The notes beneath the pieces are model-generated. The model was not told the DNA's origin, did not search any database, and worked only from the letters and a program-made list of their open reading frames with translations. From NCBI GenBank assembly GCA_964016885.1, contig OZ024741.1, forward strand, positions 154,380,001 through 154,444,000: DNA of 64,000 nt, read 5' to 3'. Positions 1 to 13,582 of this stretch are shown one piece after another. The DNA comes from Eledone cirrhosa. Its lineage: Eukaryota. The translations under genes and the position numbers were made by a program. Every line of letters starts with the position of its first letter. Positions within the stretch are counted from its first letter, which is position 1.

Positions 1-296
1 TCCATTCTTTCCATGCCTGTCTCTTGGCCTTAACTGCTTCATCTACCTTATTGTTCCACCACCAAGTCACTCTCCTCCTGCTTGAGGTCTTACTCCAGCC
101 ACAGACCTCATCCGTCGCCTCTAGTAAATTATTTTTTAGGAACTCCCAGTTCTCTTCTACATTGAATGTCTCTATCTGTTCTTCTTTACTGTCGTAGGCA
201 TTGAGTAAAATATCTTTAAATCTGTTACTGGTTGAGGGGTCTTTCAGCTTCCAGATCTTTCTTCTCCAGGTTGGCCTCTGTTTCCAGGTTCGTCTA
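1..296 (-). mobile_element. RTE LINE fragment (cut by window edge)
   Basis: Near-identical to 45239-45534 of the long RTE copy. Confidence 0.9.
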
Positions 297-307
297 TATA
301 TATATTA

Positions 308-995
308 AGAGGGATCAGATGGTGTTTATTCGAGAGAAGACTACGTTGGTACGGTCACGTGATGCGCATAAAAGACGACAGCTGTATAAAAAAGTGCAGG
401 GCGATCAAAATAGATGGAAGTTACGGAGTAGGTAGAACCAGAAAAACCTGGGACAATCTGATAGGAGGACATGATAAATTCCGACCTTGCATACTTGCAC
501 TTCTCTAAGACAATGTCACTGGATCGAGATCTTTGGCGCCATGCTGTATTACAGAAGAACCGCCTTCCCTACGTGCAAAGTTAACCTACAGTTAGTAGGC
601 CCCTCCAAGCCAAACATACACCCCAACCCACTACACCTACTCCATCCTCCCACTCCCGACCAACACCACCCTTTCACTATAAAGTTATGTTGTTACCACA
701 ATATCCAGTCCAAACTAATGAGATTGTGTAGGTGTCACAACAAAAAAAAACATGCAGTATGCTGTAATGTGGTCGTGTAGGTAACACGGTAAAAAGTTGC
801 CAGTCCACACTGTAAATGTGGTTGGTGTTAGGAAGGTCATCCAGCCGTAGCAAACCTGCCAGATAGTCCTATTCGAGCAAGACACAGTCACTCGACCAAT
901 CTTGCCTCAAGTGGGACAACTCCCATCTAACCCATGCTAGCGGGAAAGATAGACGTTAAACGATGATGATGAGGATGATGATGATGATGATGATC
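308..995 (+). mobile_element. RTE LINE 3' end with (GAT)n tail
   Basis: Matches the 3' ends of copies at ~27530-28180 and ~32310-32970. Confidence 0.85.
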
Positions 996-1325
996 GAAGG
1001 AGGTGTTTTGTGTGCAAGAGTACATAGAATATTCAGGCAATCTGAAGAGGCACCAACTCCAAAATATCAAAGTCACTGCTAAATATTTCTTCAGAAAATA
1101 TGTATATATACACACATTATCAACATTGATGAAGTTAAAGTACTTCCTCATCTTGGAAGGAATTTCTAGTGCTTTATGAAGTTTGACCTTTTTTTTTATT
1201 ATTGTAGCAATAAAAAGGCTCTGCTACCCCTCCACCTTCCATCTTGTACAGCTAGTGGTTCACAGTCTTTTCACTACCAAGAACCTTATTTATTTAAATG
1301 AAATTCCAATGATAATATCAATAAA

Positions 1326-1570
1326 AAGAGAGAAATGTTTATACCTAGAGAAGAATGGATACCCAATACTGCATGTTTATTATGTTTTTAACAAATTGTT
1401 ATACAGTGAGGATAACAATTGAAGGAGAGAAATGTTTATGCTTAGTGAAGAATGGATACTCAATAGAGTATAATTATAATGCTTGTAATAAAATACTTGA
1501 AATTGTTATAAAGTGATAAGAACTGAAAGAGAGAATGGTTTATAATTAGAGAAGAATGGGTACCCAATAA
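1326..1570. repeat. ~100-bp degenerate tandem repeat x3 (gagagaaatgtttat..agagaagaatggatacccaat)
   Basis: Motif recurs near 1328, 1426 and 1529. Confidence 0.7.
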
Positions 1571-2879
1571 TGTGTGTGTATTCTTGTAATTTTTAACTTA
1601 GTTCACAAACCCCTGGTATTACTTCTACTGGTCACTAGTACTACTGTTGTGGACTCCAATTTGGGCACTGTTGTATTAAGCCATCATCATCATCATCATC
1701 ATCCTTCGACTCCTCTGTGAGCAGTCAGAACTCTCTTGACAATCCCTTTCCACACTGTTCGGTCCTGCATTGCTGTCCCCAGATTCCTTATGTCCAGCCC
1801 TGAGTCCTGATCTATGGTGTCTGGGAAAGTCAGTTTTCATGAATAGACACATCCATCCCAGTGTTGGTAAATTTGTTCAAATGAAATTCATCATCATCAT
1901 TGTCCCACGCTGACATAGGTTGGACAGGTTGTCATGGTCTGAGGTTAGATGGGTTGGAGAGACCTCACCATGCTCATATATTCTATATTTGGTGTGGTTT
2001 CAACAGCTGGATGTCCTTCCTCATTCCAGTCACATTACAGAATGTACTGGGTACATTTTATCATGACACCAGCATTACCACTTTACAGAATGTACTTGGT
2101 ACTTTTTATCATAGCACCAGCACAAGAAAGACTATTGAATGTTCAACAAGACTGAAGAGCCCTCTCTAGCATATATTGTCTCCATTCAATCACCAATCAT
2201 TTTACAGAGTGTACTAAGTGGATGAAAGAATTTTTCAAATTCCTGAAATACACACAAATCGCACGAACAAGTGGCCAGATGTGTTAAATGCTTCAATTAC
2301 TGATAGAACTATTACAGAGTGGGTCAAAATAAAGGCATTTATTGACTAAAATACAATATATTTATGTATAATAAATATATAAATAGTCTCACCATAGGTA
2401 TTTTAAGCTGTCATATCACAGCTACCTCAGTATATAAAAGTGTATATTCAATATGTTTATGGGGAACTATTTCTGAAACACATTCCCATTTATCTACACA
2501 TTGTATATAACAACAACAACAACAACAATAATAATGATAATTGCTTTTATTGGCCACAAGGGCATATAGTATTGGGGACAATACATGGGTGAAAAACTAC
2601 ACAGAGTGGGGTTTATAACAATTAAAGGGGAGAGGATGTCAACAAAAGGAAAACAGTAGATATGACAACAACAAGGATTTTAAATAATCATTATAACGAT
2701 ACAAAACAATAACAAACGTGAACTAGGAATAGCTCCTCAGTAGGAGGGGACTAAATTTTAGGGTGAGTCCAACCCTTGCGAGCAGGGAAAAGCAGACGTA
2801 AAATGATGATGATGATGATGATGATAATGATGCTGATTCCAAGGAAAACCCTATGCAAAAGTCCAGTTTACTCTGCTAG

Positions 2880-3260
2880 ACTAAGGGCATTGAAAGTGTT
2901 CTTTCTCCCAGATACCTTCCTCCTGCTTAGAAAAACATTATCAGAGTAGGTCCATTCAGACTTGTTAATCTCGCATCTTTCATGAACCACACTAGAAGGT
3001 AGCACCCCCTCTATACCCTCACCTTCCTCTTCAAGTGGTACTTGAAGAAGTTGATGAGGACCTGGCTAGAGAGAACGATTTCTGACCTCAAACCTTTTAG
3101 ACACATCCACCATGTGCAGCTTTCTTAGCTATCATGCAGAGGAAGACTTAGTGCACTTTCTCCCCTAAAGGAAAGTAGTGGTTCAATTATCACTATAGAC
3201 ACTGCTGATAGTCAGGTCTGTCCTATACATATCTGCAATTGTTTAACATGAGCTCTCAAA
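2880..3260 (-). mobile_element. Decayed non-LTR retrotransposon 3' fragment (possibly L1/Tx1-like)
   Basis: Minus-strand remnant reading ..WWM.LKGLR..LINFFKYHLK..; clade is a guess. Confidence 0.4.
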
Positions 3261-5289
3261 TCTAATAATTGTTTCTACTTTTGGCACAAGGCCAGCAATT
3301 ACCCAGTGCATTACTGGTACTTTATTTTATTGACCCCGTAAGGATGAAAGGCAGACCGTAAAGGGATGTAAGTCTGCTAGAAAGCATGGTGTCTGACCCT
3401 CTACCGATACTGCCAATCCACAATGATTTCTAACATAGGCACAAGGCCAGCAATTTGAGGAGGTACTGAATTGGTACTTTATTTCATCAACCCTGGAAGG
3501 ATGAAAAGCAATGTGGACTTTGGTGGTACTCAGAACATAAATAGCCAGAACAAATATTACAAGGCCTTTTGACCAACTCTCTACCAATTCTGCCAATCCA
3601 ATGCCCTTAACAGTCAGTAAATAATAAATAGAGATAGATAACATTAACATTATTGTCTTGAATCTAAAGCAACTACATCAAGGAAGAGTCATTTTAGCCA
3701 TTAAACACAGACACATACACACAAAGACTTAAATTCATTTTACATTTATCATAATTAAAATTTAATGTTGGACTTTCAAAGAGATAAGGTATTTTTCTTT
3801 CTGTTTCAATTGTTTTAGAATTATACTTTTGGCCAATTGTAGTTTTGTTCTGATTCTTCTATTTTTAACTTGTGTTTTTCTGTCAATCTATCTATATACT
3901 ACTAAAACTCTGTGATTGCTTGTTTGCTTGTCTGTAATGTAATACAGCCAAAAGGGTGCATAATGGGAAAATACTTTAAAAGGAAGTTGCCTCTGAAATG
4001 GGAATACAAATGGAATAAAACAAGTTTTGCGTAAATTGGTGCACGGGTTTCTGAGATATGGGGTTTTTCCAGGTACCTTCATAAACAGAGAGAGAGAGTA
4101 GATTGAAAGGGAAAGGGGACAGAGAAGGAGAATGGAAGAGAGAGAGAGTGATGATGGTGTTGTTGTGTATATATATATATGTGTGTTTGTATATATATAT
4201 GTATGTGTGTGTGTGTCTATGACCAGTGTATATAGATCACAGACATCCACATATATATATACACACGCACATACATATATATATATATGTGTATACACAC
4301 ACACACACATATATATATATACATACACACACATGTATATGAGCCTTCTAGTTTCATTTCACATTATATTCATGCCTGAGTATATTTTAATCCTTAAAAA
4401 TTATTATTAAGTGAACAGGATTTAAAAAAAATATTTTGAAGTGAACATGACCCAATGGGTCATGGGTGGTCTAGTTGAACATATATTTTGAATATTTAGC
4501 TAACAACGAATGAAAGCATGTTGTTCTAACACATATCTGAACTATGTCTAATCCCCCTTACTCTGCTTCCCTCTTGAAGGTCATCCTCCATTTACTTTCC
4601 ACTGATGATCACTTATCTAGCTCATCATAATCATTCTTTCAACCTACCCAACTAATTACCCCCCCACCACCACCACCACCACCACCAGCCATGCACACAC
4701 TAGCTGCTTCAAAGTTTAACCATTTATAATCATACAGTGACTGTCTCTGTGTTAATGTGTGTATATATATTAAAAATGCAATTAGTGTATCTGCACTCTT
4801 GTATGTTCCCAGGAGCAGTCACAGATTTCATACATCACATGAAAGTCAGCTCATCTAGAGATGCAGTTAATCTGAATAAAATATGACAGCACTGTGCAGA
4901 TGTGAGCTCTGCAAGCCATAATGAAAGCAGCCCATCTAGGAGAGCAGTCACTCTCAATAAAAACTGATACAGGATAGTTAGACAATTTCTCTTGTGCTGG
5001 TGGCACAAGTAATGGACTCAGTCCAACCTGTATAGTGGTTAGTGATAAGAAAGGCATTCTGCCAGAAAACTTTGCCAGAAACCATGACTAGCACAACATA
5101 TAATATTAATGATAATTGCATATACAGGCCTAACACTAATCCTGCTAGTGCTGCATATGGTAGTGAGGTGGCTAACCTTACCATATGCAAAAAACCCTCA
5201 ACCATCATCAAGCAATTATGTACCCATTTTCCATTTCAGATACAGAAAAGTTCCTAAGAACAACCTAATCACCATGGTCAGGTAACACA

Positions 5290-5722
5290 TATCATGGCTG
5301 ACAGTCTGAAAGATAGATCTGAGGAAATTGTGAAGTTATTTGAGAGGAAACGAGATGTGTGCTGTGTCCAAGAAGGGAGTTTCAGCCAGACTCCTCACAG
5401 GCAAGCAACATAGATTTAAGCTTTTCTGAAATGATGATGGGGTAGTTGAAGTAGGCATTCTGCTAACTGAGAAGTGGATAGATAAGGTAATTGAAATAGT
5501 TAGAGTAAGTGACAGAATAGCATTAGGCAATAGATTGACAGCAATTATCTCTACTAATGCACCAGTCAGGTCTAAGAACAAAAGAACTATGGCTACACAG
5601 GAATACTTGGTGACTATGGTTATGGCTTAAGAAATGAAAAAGGAGTAAGGTGCCTAGAATTCTATGCTGTAAATGAACTAATTATTTGCAACACTAACTT
5701 CTGGAAAGCTACATAATCACCT
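5290..5722 (+). mobile_element. Decayed RTE APE endonuclease fragment
   Basis: DVCCVQE and GVGILL..KWIDKVIEIVRVSDR motifs; similar to 16100-16700. Confidence 0.75.
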
Positions 5723-5723
5723 A

Positions 5724-6360
5724 TTAATCAGGTGCAAAGCCTGACATGTAGGGTGAATGAGGGATAAGTTGGGGCCCACAGTAACGGATTGTTGCTATTG
5801 CCACCACCAAGGTATGGGCAGGAGCATTGTCATGATGGAACAAGACCCCTTTCATCAGCAATCCTGACCTCTTCTTGATGTTCACACACAGATGTTTAAG
5901 CAGGTTGGCATAGTATTGTCCCGTGATGGTTTGGCTCTTTTGGAGATATTCCATCCACAACACTTGTTTTGTAACCCAGAAAATGGTAGCCATGACCTTT
6001 CCGGCTGATGGTGTGACCTTGGTCTTCTTCAGGGTGGTTGAAGATGGGTGCATTGTTTAGACTACTCTTTTGTTTCTGGTTGGTAGTGATGGACCCAGAT
6101 CTCATCCAAGGTTACAAATCGTTCCAGGAAATCCTATTCTGGATCAGCTTCAAAATGTTTCAAATTGTTGGAGGACATGGTACAACAAGTGTGTTTTTGA
6201 TCCCATATGGTTTGGAGATGCGTACACCTCATACGTACTGAAAATGGGTGCAAAGGCTCATGCCTCAGAAAATTTTGGTTTTGCTAATGGCCACCACATC
6301 AGTAGCCTGAATCATTGAGCTGATGGCCCTGCTTCCAAGACAACCCCAGACCACATGAAA
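5724..6360 (-). mobile_element. Mariner (DD34D) transposase remnant
   Basis: SAGKVMATIFW, TITGQYYANLL, VLFHHDNAPAH, PHSPY..APD motifs. Confidence 0.9.
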
Positions 6361-7799
6361 TTGCACTGCCTATTCTGTGTAAGGTCATGTTTGATGAAGT
6401 GAGTGAACAATGAGAAGGATCACTGACCCTGTTCGTGTATATGAAGGATGGCTGATCTATTCCTCTGGCTGGCTGTAGGTGTGTCTATGGTAAGGTTTGT
6501 GTATATTTTTTTAATGATAGATCCATGGAAATCTCTGATCCAATTGGGATATTTCAGTTTCGTATAGGTGTTTGTCGAATTTGTATTATTTGTACATGTG
6601 AAGGTCGAACACCTTATGTGGTGCATTAGTTTTTTATTGTTTGTGTTTATGGCTGTGTAACTTGAGATGTTTGTCTCTTTTTGTGTGTTTGCATTTGTTG
6701 TTGTTGCTGTTGTTGTTGCAGGTGTGGGTTAGATTGTGTTTGAAATGTTGTTCGTGTCTGTGGTGGAGGCGGTGACGATAACAGTGATGCTAACAGTGGT
6801 TGTGATGATGAGATTGATATGTGTTGGTGTTATGTGCCTTGAGTTTTCTAACCTCCATATTTGGTGAGGGTTCCTTTGAGAACCCCTTTAAAAGCCTATT
6901 GGCAGCTTTTACATTAGGGGCTCCCACATCGTAGGGGAAGCTCTCCCTAATGCTTTTATAGGTCTCAATAGATACGAGCACCATAATTAATGTTTGTGGC
7001 ACTTTAAATCTCCCCATCTCTCAATACCTTCTCTTTGTGCTATAAGGACCATCAATACTTCATTCATCCTCCTCACTAGCATGAAGTTTGGTGTCTGTGT
7101 GATTGGTTATTATTGTTGTGTGTTTTTTATTTTTGTGTGAAGTTGTGGTTGTGATAGAGAGGGTGGAGGGAGTGCTTCGTTGGGAGAGTCCCTGCATGTT
7201 TTTGACAGTTTTTTCCTTTCTGCTGTTGGTAGTTGTAGTGGTGCATCTGTTGTTGTTGCTGTTGCTGCTGTTGGTGCTGCTGCAGCAGTTGCTAGTTTTG
7301 CAGTAACTTTTGTTGATGTTGCTGCTATTAATGGAGTTGGGACAGCTGTTGTTGTTGTTTGCCGTTGTTATTGTTTGCTGCTGATGTTATTGTTGTTATT
7401 GTGGCTGCCGGGACCCTGTTATTCCCTGTCTTCTGTTCACGGCAGAAAGCTATTAAGTGATCAGTCACCCACTATAATGATCATAACATTAGTAAAAGGA
7501 TCGATCGACTTTCATCAAATCGGACCAAGGAAACAATGTTTCCGTTGGTCTTTCCAGTTGCTAGTACTCTCTATCGGTCGCAACTCCAGGTAGAAGGAGC
7601 AATGTGAAATAAAGTGTCTTGCTCAAGGACATAACGCATCGCCCGGTCCAGGAATCGAACTTACAACCTCACAATTGTGAATCCAATTCTAGCATTAGTA
7701 AATACGGTAAAATACTCTTAGAGGCAGAAAATAAGTGGCCAGCAACCACTAATATATATTCGGGAGCTACCACTGCTGCTAACTATAAAGTTTTTTCCT

Positions 7800-8720
7800 T
7801 GAAATGAAAGGTAGATTGTATGACACTTGTGTATGAACTGTAATGTTGCATGAAAATTAAGCTTTTATCCTTTAATCAACGTGTAATAGGAGTGTGCATG
7901 AACGGCAAAGTGTCAATGAACTGAGAAAGAAACTAGGCAGATGCAGTATGCAGGAGAGGAGATTGTGGTGGTATGGACATGTGATGTGTATGGAGGGTGA
8001 CAGCTGTCTCAAAGGGGGCAGAGCGCTTGAATTTGAAGGAAATATGAAAGAGGAAGACTTAGAAAAACTTTGGATAAAGTGGTAAAAGATACCACAGGAT
8101 TGAGATCGCTGGTGTTACATTGTACTGCAGAAGACTCGCCTTCTAATCTGCAGAGAATGAAACAAACCTTTAGAGGACACTAGGCTGCACCAATGTTCCC
8201 CCTCCTCCACCCATACACATTCCCACATTATAATACTCACTTATCCCCTGCCTGTAAACTTGTTTCACTCCCCTCCCCGAATCTCACATTCCACGCTCCC
8301 TGATATACCTTCTGTCCAACCCATTCATACAAGTTTGGAAAGCTGAACATGCTCCTCACTTGCTCTTCCACAGCCCTCTCACCATGACAAAATGCACCGA
8401 GGCCACCCTGTAAGATGGTTGTGTTGATGACACCACAAAAAGCACCGTCTACCCTATAAGGTGGTTGTGCTGGTTACATGACAAATAGTCGTCAGTCCAC
8501 CCTGTCAAATGGTCAGTTTAGTGCCACAATAAAAAGTACCCAGCCCAAGCTGTAATATGGTTGGCATTAGGAAGGGCATCCAGCCCTAGAAAACAAGCCA
8601 GAAACAGTTCCGTATGAGCAAGACATGGTTTGATTTGTTTCCTAACTTGATAGCCCGTGTAACCTTTACCAGCATGGAAAATAGATGTTCAACGATGATG
8701 ATGATGATGATGATGATGAT
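7800..8720 (+). mobile_element. RTE LINE 3' fragment
   Basis: ERRLWWYGHVM motif, shared 3'UTR and (GAT)n tail. Confidence 0.8.
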
Positions 8721-8799
8721 ATATATATAATTAAATGATGATGGTGATGATGATGATATATATATAATTAAAAATTTATCAAGGTTCAATGAATTAATC

Positions 8800-10540
8800 A
8801 ATGAATAAAGTTTCACAATAGATTAGAAGCACTCTACATCGAGCTTTAAATTAAGATTTTCTAATCACAAACACTCTTTTTCGAATCCGGATAAGAAATT
8901 CTCTACCTCTTTATCACAACTTATATGATCGTTAAAAGACAAAAATTTAAAATACTCAATATTTTGGTTCAAACTTTGTAATAGTCAAGTCTAATTAAAT
9001 TCCTCAATATTACCTAACTGCAATCTTTGCAATATGGAGACCCTATTAATAATTGCTAATTATGATAACTTAATTAACAAAAAAAGTGAATTATTGCACA
9101 AAGCTGCATCTACATTCCAAGCTTCACAAAAAATCAGGAAAAAACATTCAATAAATGTGAAATGATTTTGACGTTTATTAATAATTCTGAGAGTGAAACG
9201 ATATTGTCTCAGATTAAAAATTCTTGTAATGCTTTTATTACTTATACTATTATTAATATTATACTAAGGGTTTCTACCTAAACATAGAAATTGTTAACCT
9301 GATCTCTTGTTGAGTATGTATGACCTTTAGATTGTTTAAATACATTTAATTTTAATTTTTGTATTTTCTAAATCTTATATCTTATATATTTGATACCTCT
9401 AATGTATTCAGACTAGTAAACCGTTTAATTACTTTGAATGTTTGTTTACGATTCACGAGGATATGTTGTACATTTGTAGTATAAAAGTCTCCTTAGATCC
9501 AAGTTGATTAATTTTTTGTACTTAACTTGATGTAAAATTTTGAATTCAGTAAAATCTAGTTGAATCAAATTTATAACACTCTTAACAGTAATTATATTAT
9601 ATATAAGTGACTAATATCGTCTTAAACCTTATAGTCTATATATAAATTATACAAATGAGTATATCTAGATAAATCTGGTTTAATAATATCTTATTAAATA
9701 CATTTATAATGCTTTATGGTTTATTAATAACATTTTAATTTTAATGTTTTCTGACTAATATATTGATTATATTCTTAATTTTAATATACTTTTAAATATA
9801 CTTGTGATTACCTTTGGAGTTATGATAAACATAAATGTATCTCTTTCACGTTACATTTGCTTTAACTCTGATATAATACAATAATATAATCCTTTCAAAT
9901 TTTATACTCTAAAATCAATTGATTAATTGACTATTTCTAATTAACATAAGATTTGAAAATAAACGGTCACGCATCATATGCCTTGATATTCTTTCCCCCC
10001 TATCTAATTATACGCTATTTATACGTTACAATGCATATCTTCCTCCCTTTGTTTATACTATTAAACTTATTTTCATTTCTTCTCTCTACCCTTTGATCAT
10101 TTCTCCCTTCTTTTGTTCCTACGATCAAATCTCTTTCTTTTTCTCTCTTTCCTCATGATTTGCTTTCTCGTTCTCTCACTTCCACTATCTGCAATAATGA
10201 GGTATGCATATCTTATTATTATTTAAATTTTTAACAGTTATATAAGTTTATGTATTATATATTATTAGTTATTTATTATTATATATCTTTATACACTTTC
10301 TCATACGCACCCTCTGTATTATATATAATTTTTCATGCTTCAACTTAAGGTATATAAATATTGAGTTTTGTCATAACTAATCACTGCCATGACTGAATTA
10401 TCACCATCAACATAGTCAAGGTATGTCAACTTATTTTATCTGATGAGGACGTACTGTTGAAATAGCTCAGTACCTCTGAAATATGTATAATAAAATATAT
10501 TTGATCACATGAATGTCTCTATTTATTAATATTTTGAAGT
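8800..10540 (+). mobile_element. Penelope-like element 3' part (GIY-YIG C-terminus + long AT-rich pLTR)
   Basis: Translates FKLRFSNHKHSF..TSLSQLI*SLKDKN..IFW..CNLC..LINKKSELL; hammerhead motif near the end. Confidence 0.75.
10432..10497 (+). ncRNA. Minimal type I hammerhead ribozyme
   Basis: Stem I tattttat/ataaaata, CTGATGA, stem II ggacgtactg/cagtacctct, GAAA-tatgta-TA. Confidence 0.75.
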
Positions 10541-11336
10541 AATATATATATATAGGAGTTGAAAATCCTTTTTAAGGTTAAACGCGTGTTCTCAAGTATG
10601 GTTTGGTAATTGTAGTGAAATTAACTCTATATTATAAATATGTATATATAAGATGGATGATAGTTGCAGAAAATACACAAATAGATCCGGTTATTACACG
10701 TAACTTGTAAGCATACGTACACATACACTCACACATAAACCATAAACAGCTTTGTTAAAATTAAGTGTCGAAACCAAAACAACGGGTTATCTACTAATGA
10801 CGAATAAATAGCAAATACGCGTGTATGTGTATATGCTCACGCACGTGAATTTAACTCAGTAGAAAATCTCAAATAATTCGTGGTGTATTATTGAAATGTT
10901 TATAGTACGCTTACTAGTGGACAGATTGTTGTGAAAACTTGCAGCAAATATTTTAATGTTTAATGTAATACAGTATTTAAAACATATTAGTTATGTTATT
11001 CTACTCTAAATTTATTTATATGCTTTGTAAAATAAAAATTTAGAAACAATAAAAAAAAAAGTGATAGTGTTGTTTTGCTAATGTGGTTTCGTGTGGAACA
11101 GAATGTTAAAACTTAAGAGCGTTGGTGTATTTTTTGTTGCAAGTCTAAATCAGCGATGGGGAACCTGTGACCTTAAGTGTCATATAGTAATCAATTCCGT
11201 CGTATTAGTTTTCTGTGGTTTTCCCACCCGAGGACTCTAGACCTGTCTCAGAGACGGGTATGATAATACAAATTTAATACCCTTTCATTGACCGGTTAAT
11301 GCTGTTATCGATGGTAACTACATACACACATGCATT

Positions 11337-11518
11337 GGCAGTATCGGTAGAGGGTCGGACGCCATGCTTTGTTGCAAAGAGTTACAGCCCTTTATGGTCT
11401 GAGTTCAAATCCCGTTGAGGTTAACTTTGCCTTTCGTCCTTACGGGGTCGATAAAATAAAGTACCAGTAATGCACTGGATAATTGCTGGCCTTGTGCAAA
11501 AAGTAGAAACAATTATTA
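11337..11518 (+). mobile_element. tRNA-derived SINE (other copies ~3265-3600 -, 47349-47538 -, ~52093-52300 +, ~60018-60200 +)
   Basis: A/B-box-like head (tggcagtatcggtag..gagttcaaatcc) and shared core aactttgcctttcatcct..ggggtcgataaaataaagtaccag. Confidence 0.8.
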
Positions 11519-11934
11519 TATGAATAATCTACAAAAGATTCCACATTCTACCTTGGCCTAAAATAACAGTGCTACAATAAAAGTAAATTCAATGAAGACG
11601 GAAAATAACTATTTAAAGGGAAATAACTTTTATGCCAGTTTATTTCCCTTTTTTAAATGAAATAGAAAATTTCAGGAATTCATAATCACACACCTTAAAA
11701 CATGCATGCCTATATACATAGACACATACGACATACATACATATATTGAAACACACACACACACACATGTATATACATACGGACACACATACAATACACT
11801 CTTTCTAAATACACATTAAAGCAATTGATGACTTAGATTTTAGGATCGGCCACTTGTGAATGACCTTCAGATATATAATCTCTAAAAACACATCTCTCTT
11901 TTTCTCCTTATATATATGAAGAAAGTTTAGTGGT

Positions 11935-13582
11935 TGTTATGAAAGAGGATGGTAAACATGACAAATAGAATAATTTTGTTAGATAAATAACTTTACTTCA
12001 CTTCAGTTAAAAAGGAAAAAGAATGTGTTTATTATGTTACGTTAGATTACAAAATGGCAAGTTGTTTCAGGATGTATATACCAGCATAGATAGTAGTAAG
12101 CTCGCAATGCAAGGGAGCTGTGTTGTCTATATGAAGAAGCAGATGGTTCTGTGTGTGGTTGAAGTGCTGATAGAAGAACTGCTGTTGGGCCCTTGTCGAG
12201 AAGGCCAAATTTTTTTGCTAGGTGTTACATCTCGATACCTGCTTGAGCAGGTTGAAGTGATGCTTCTCTTCCGAGGAACCAGAGTCGAATGGCTTAAAGA
12301 AAAACTTATTTCACTTCACTCCAATCTGACCAGACGACTCCAGACTACTGATGCCAACCAAGATAAAGAGACATAGCAACCAGATTTCAGGAGTCAGCAT
12401 GTGTGAAGAGATTTCGCTACATTAGTTCCCCACCCAGATCGATGCGTGATCAGCGATCAACAACAAAAGAGGTAGAGAAATGCCAGAACACGACTTGAAA
12501 AAAAAAAAATGTGTGGGATCAAGATTTATGCTGGCTTTAGTTATATGGAGCCGTGAGTTCATTCCACGGTGAGTTAGGAATGTGTGACTAGATTGATGCA
12601 AAGCTATCAGCACTGTATGCCATTGCAAATAGTGAATGCTTCTGCTCATTCGTTTTAATTTGTGAGCCACTTTTAGTCTAGGCTGTTGCAGTCCGTAAGC
12701 TATTCCGTTACGTCAACTAGCCATGCAAGAAAATCGCACAATATCCCTACATGAATGAAATTTGTGTGTCTGCATGTGCATGCAAACATTTAATACAGGG
12801 TGTGTAAAAAAATACAAAACATGAATGTGCATGCAGATGAGTCTGTTGTCGTCTCCTGTTTGGAAGCTGGAGTGTTGTCTGTTATGTTGTTATTTGATAG
12901 CTGTAGTAGTTTGGGTGTGTTCTGGGTGATTGATAACAATAGGAGGGTTTCCCTGGTTTTCCTGGTGTGCAGTGTTAGTAACTATCATCATGGGTTGAAG
13001 GGAACCAGAAGGCATTGTTGTTGACGAAGATGACAAAGCAATTGTTCAGGCCAGTAGTATGTTCCACAGTAAAATGTCTGGTTACTAATTAAAGAATTGA
13101 AGCAAAGTTTTAAACATGACAAATACAATGATTTGGGTTAGATATATAACTTTATTTCTCTTCAGTTAAAAAAAAAAAAGAATATGATTACTTCAAATCA
13201 TAAAAATATAAAGTTTGATGGAAGCACTCACATATGAATACAGTGTTTAAAAAGGTCTCTGTGTTGTGCTGAAGAATCTTTGTTAATATGAAGAGACAGA
13301 TGATTCTGTGTGTGGCTGAAGTGCTGATGGAAAAATTGCTGTTGGCCCTTGTCAACAGGGCCGAAGGTCTTTTGCTAAGTGCTACATCTCGCTACTTGCT
13401 TGATCAGGTTAAAGTGATGCTTCTCTTCCGAGGAACCAGAGTTGAATGAGACAAAGAAAAACTTATTTCACTTCATCTCACACTAACCAGCCATTCCAGA
13501 CAAATGATGTGAACCGAGATAAAAGAGAAATAGCAGCCAGATGTCATTTGGGGGTCAGTATGTGTGAAGAGATTTCGCTACA
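11935..13582 (-). mobile_element. Small non-autonomous LTR retroelement: two ~485-bp LTRs (11935-12421, ~13098-13582)
   Basis: Two diverged direct repeats starting TGTAGCGAAA on minus; purine-rich tract gggtggggaa next to the 3' LTR. Confidence 0.6.

Noticed and set aside
12023-12376. 117-aa ORF
   Set aside because: Lies within the LTR-like repeat and is broken in the second copy
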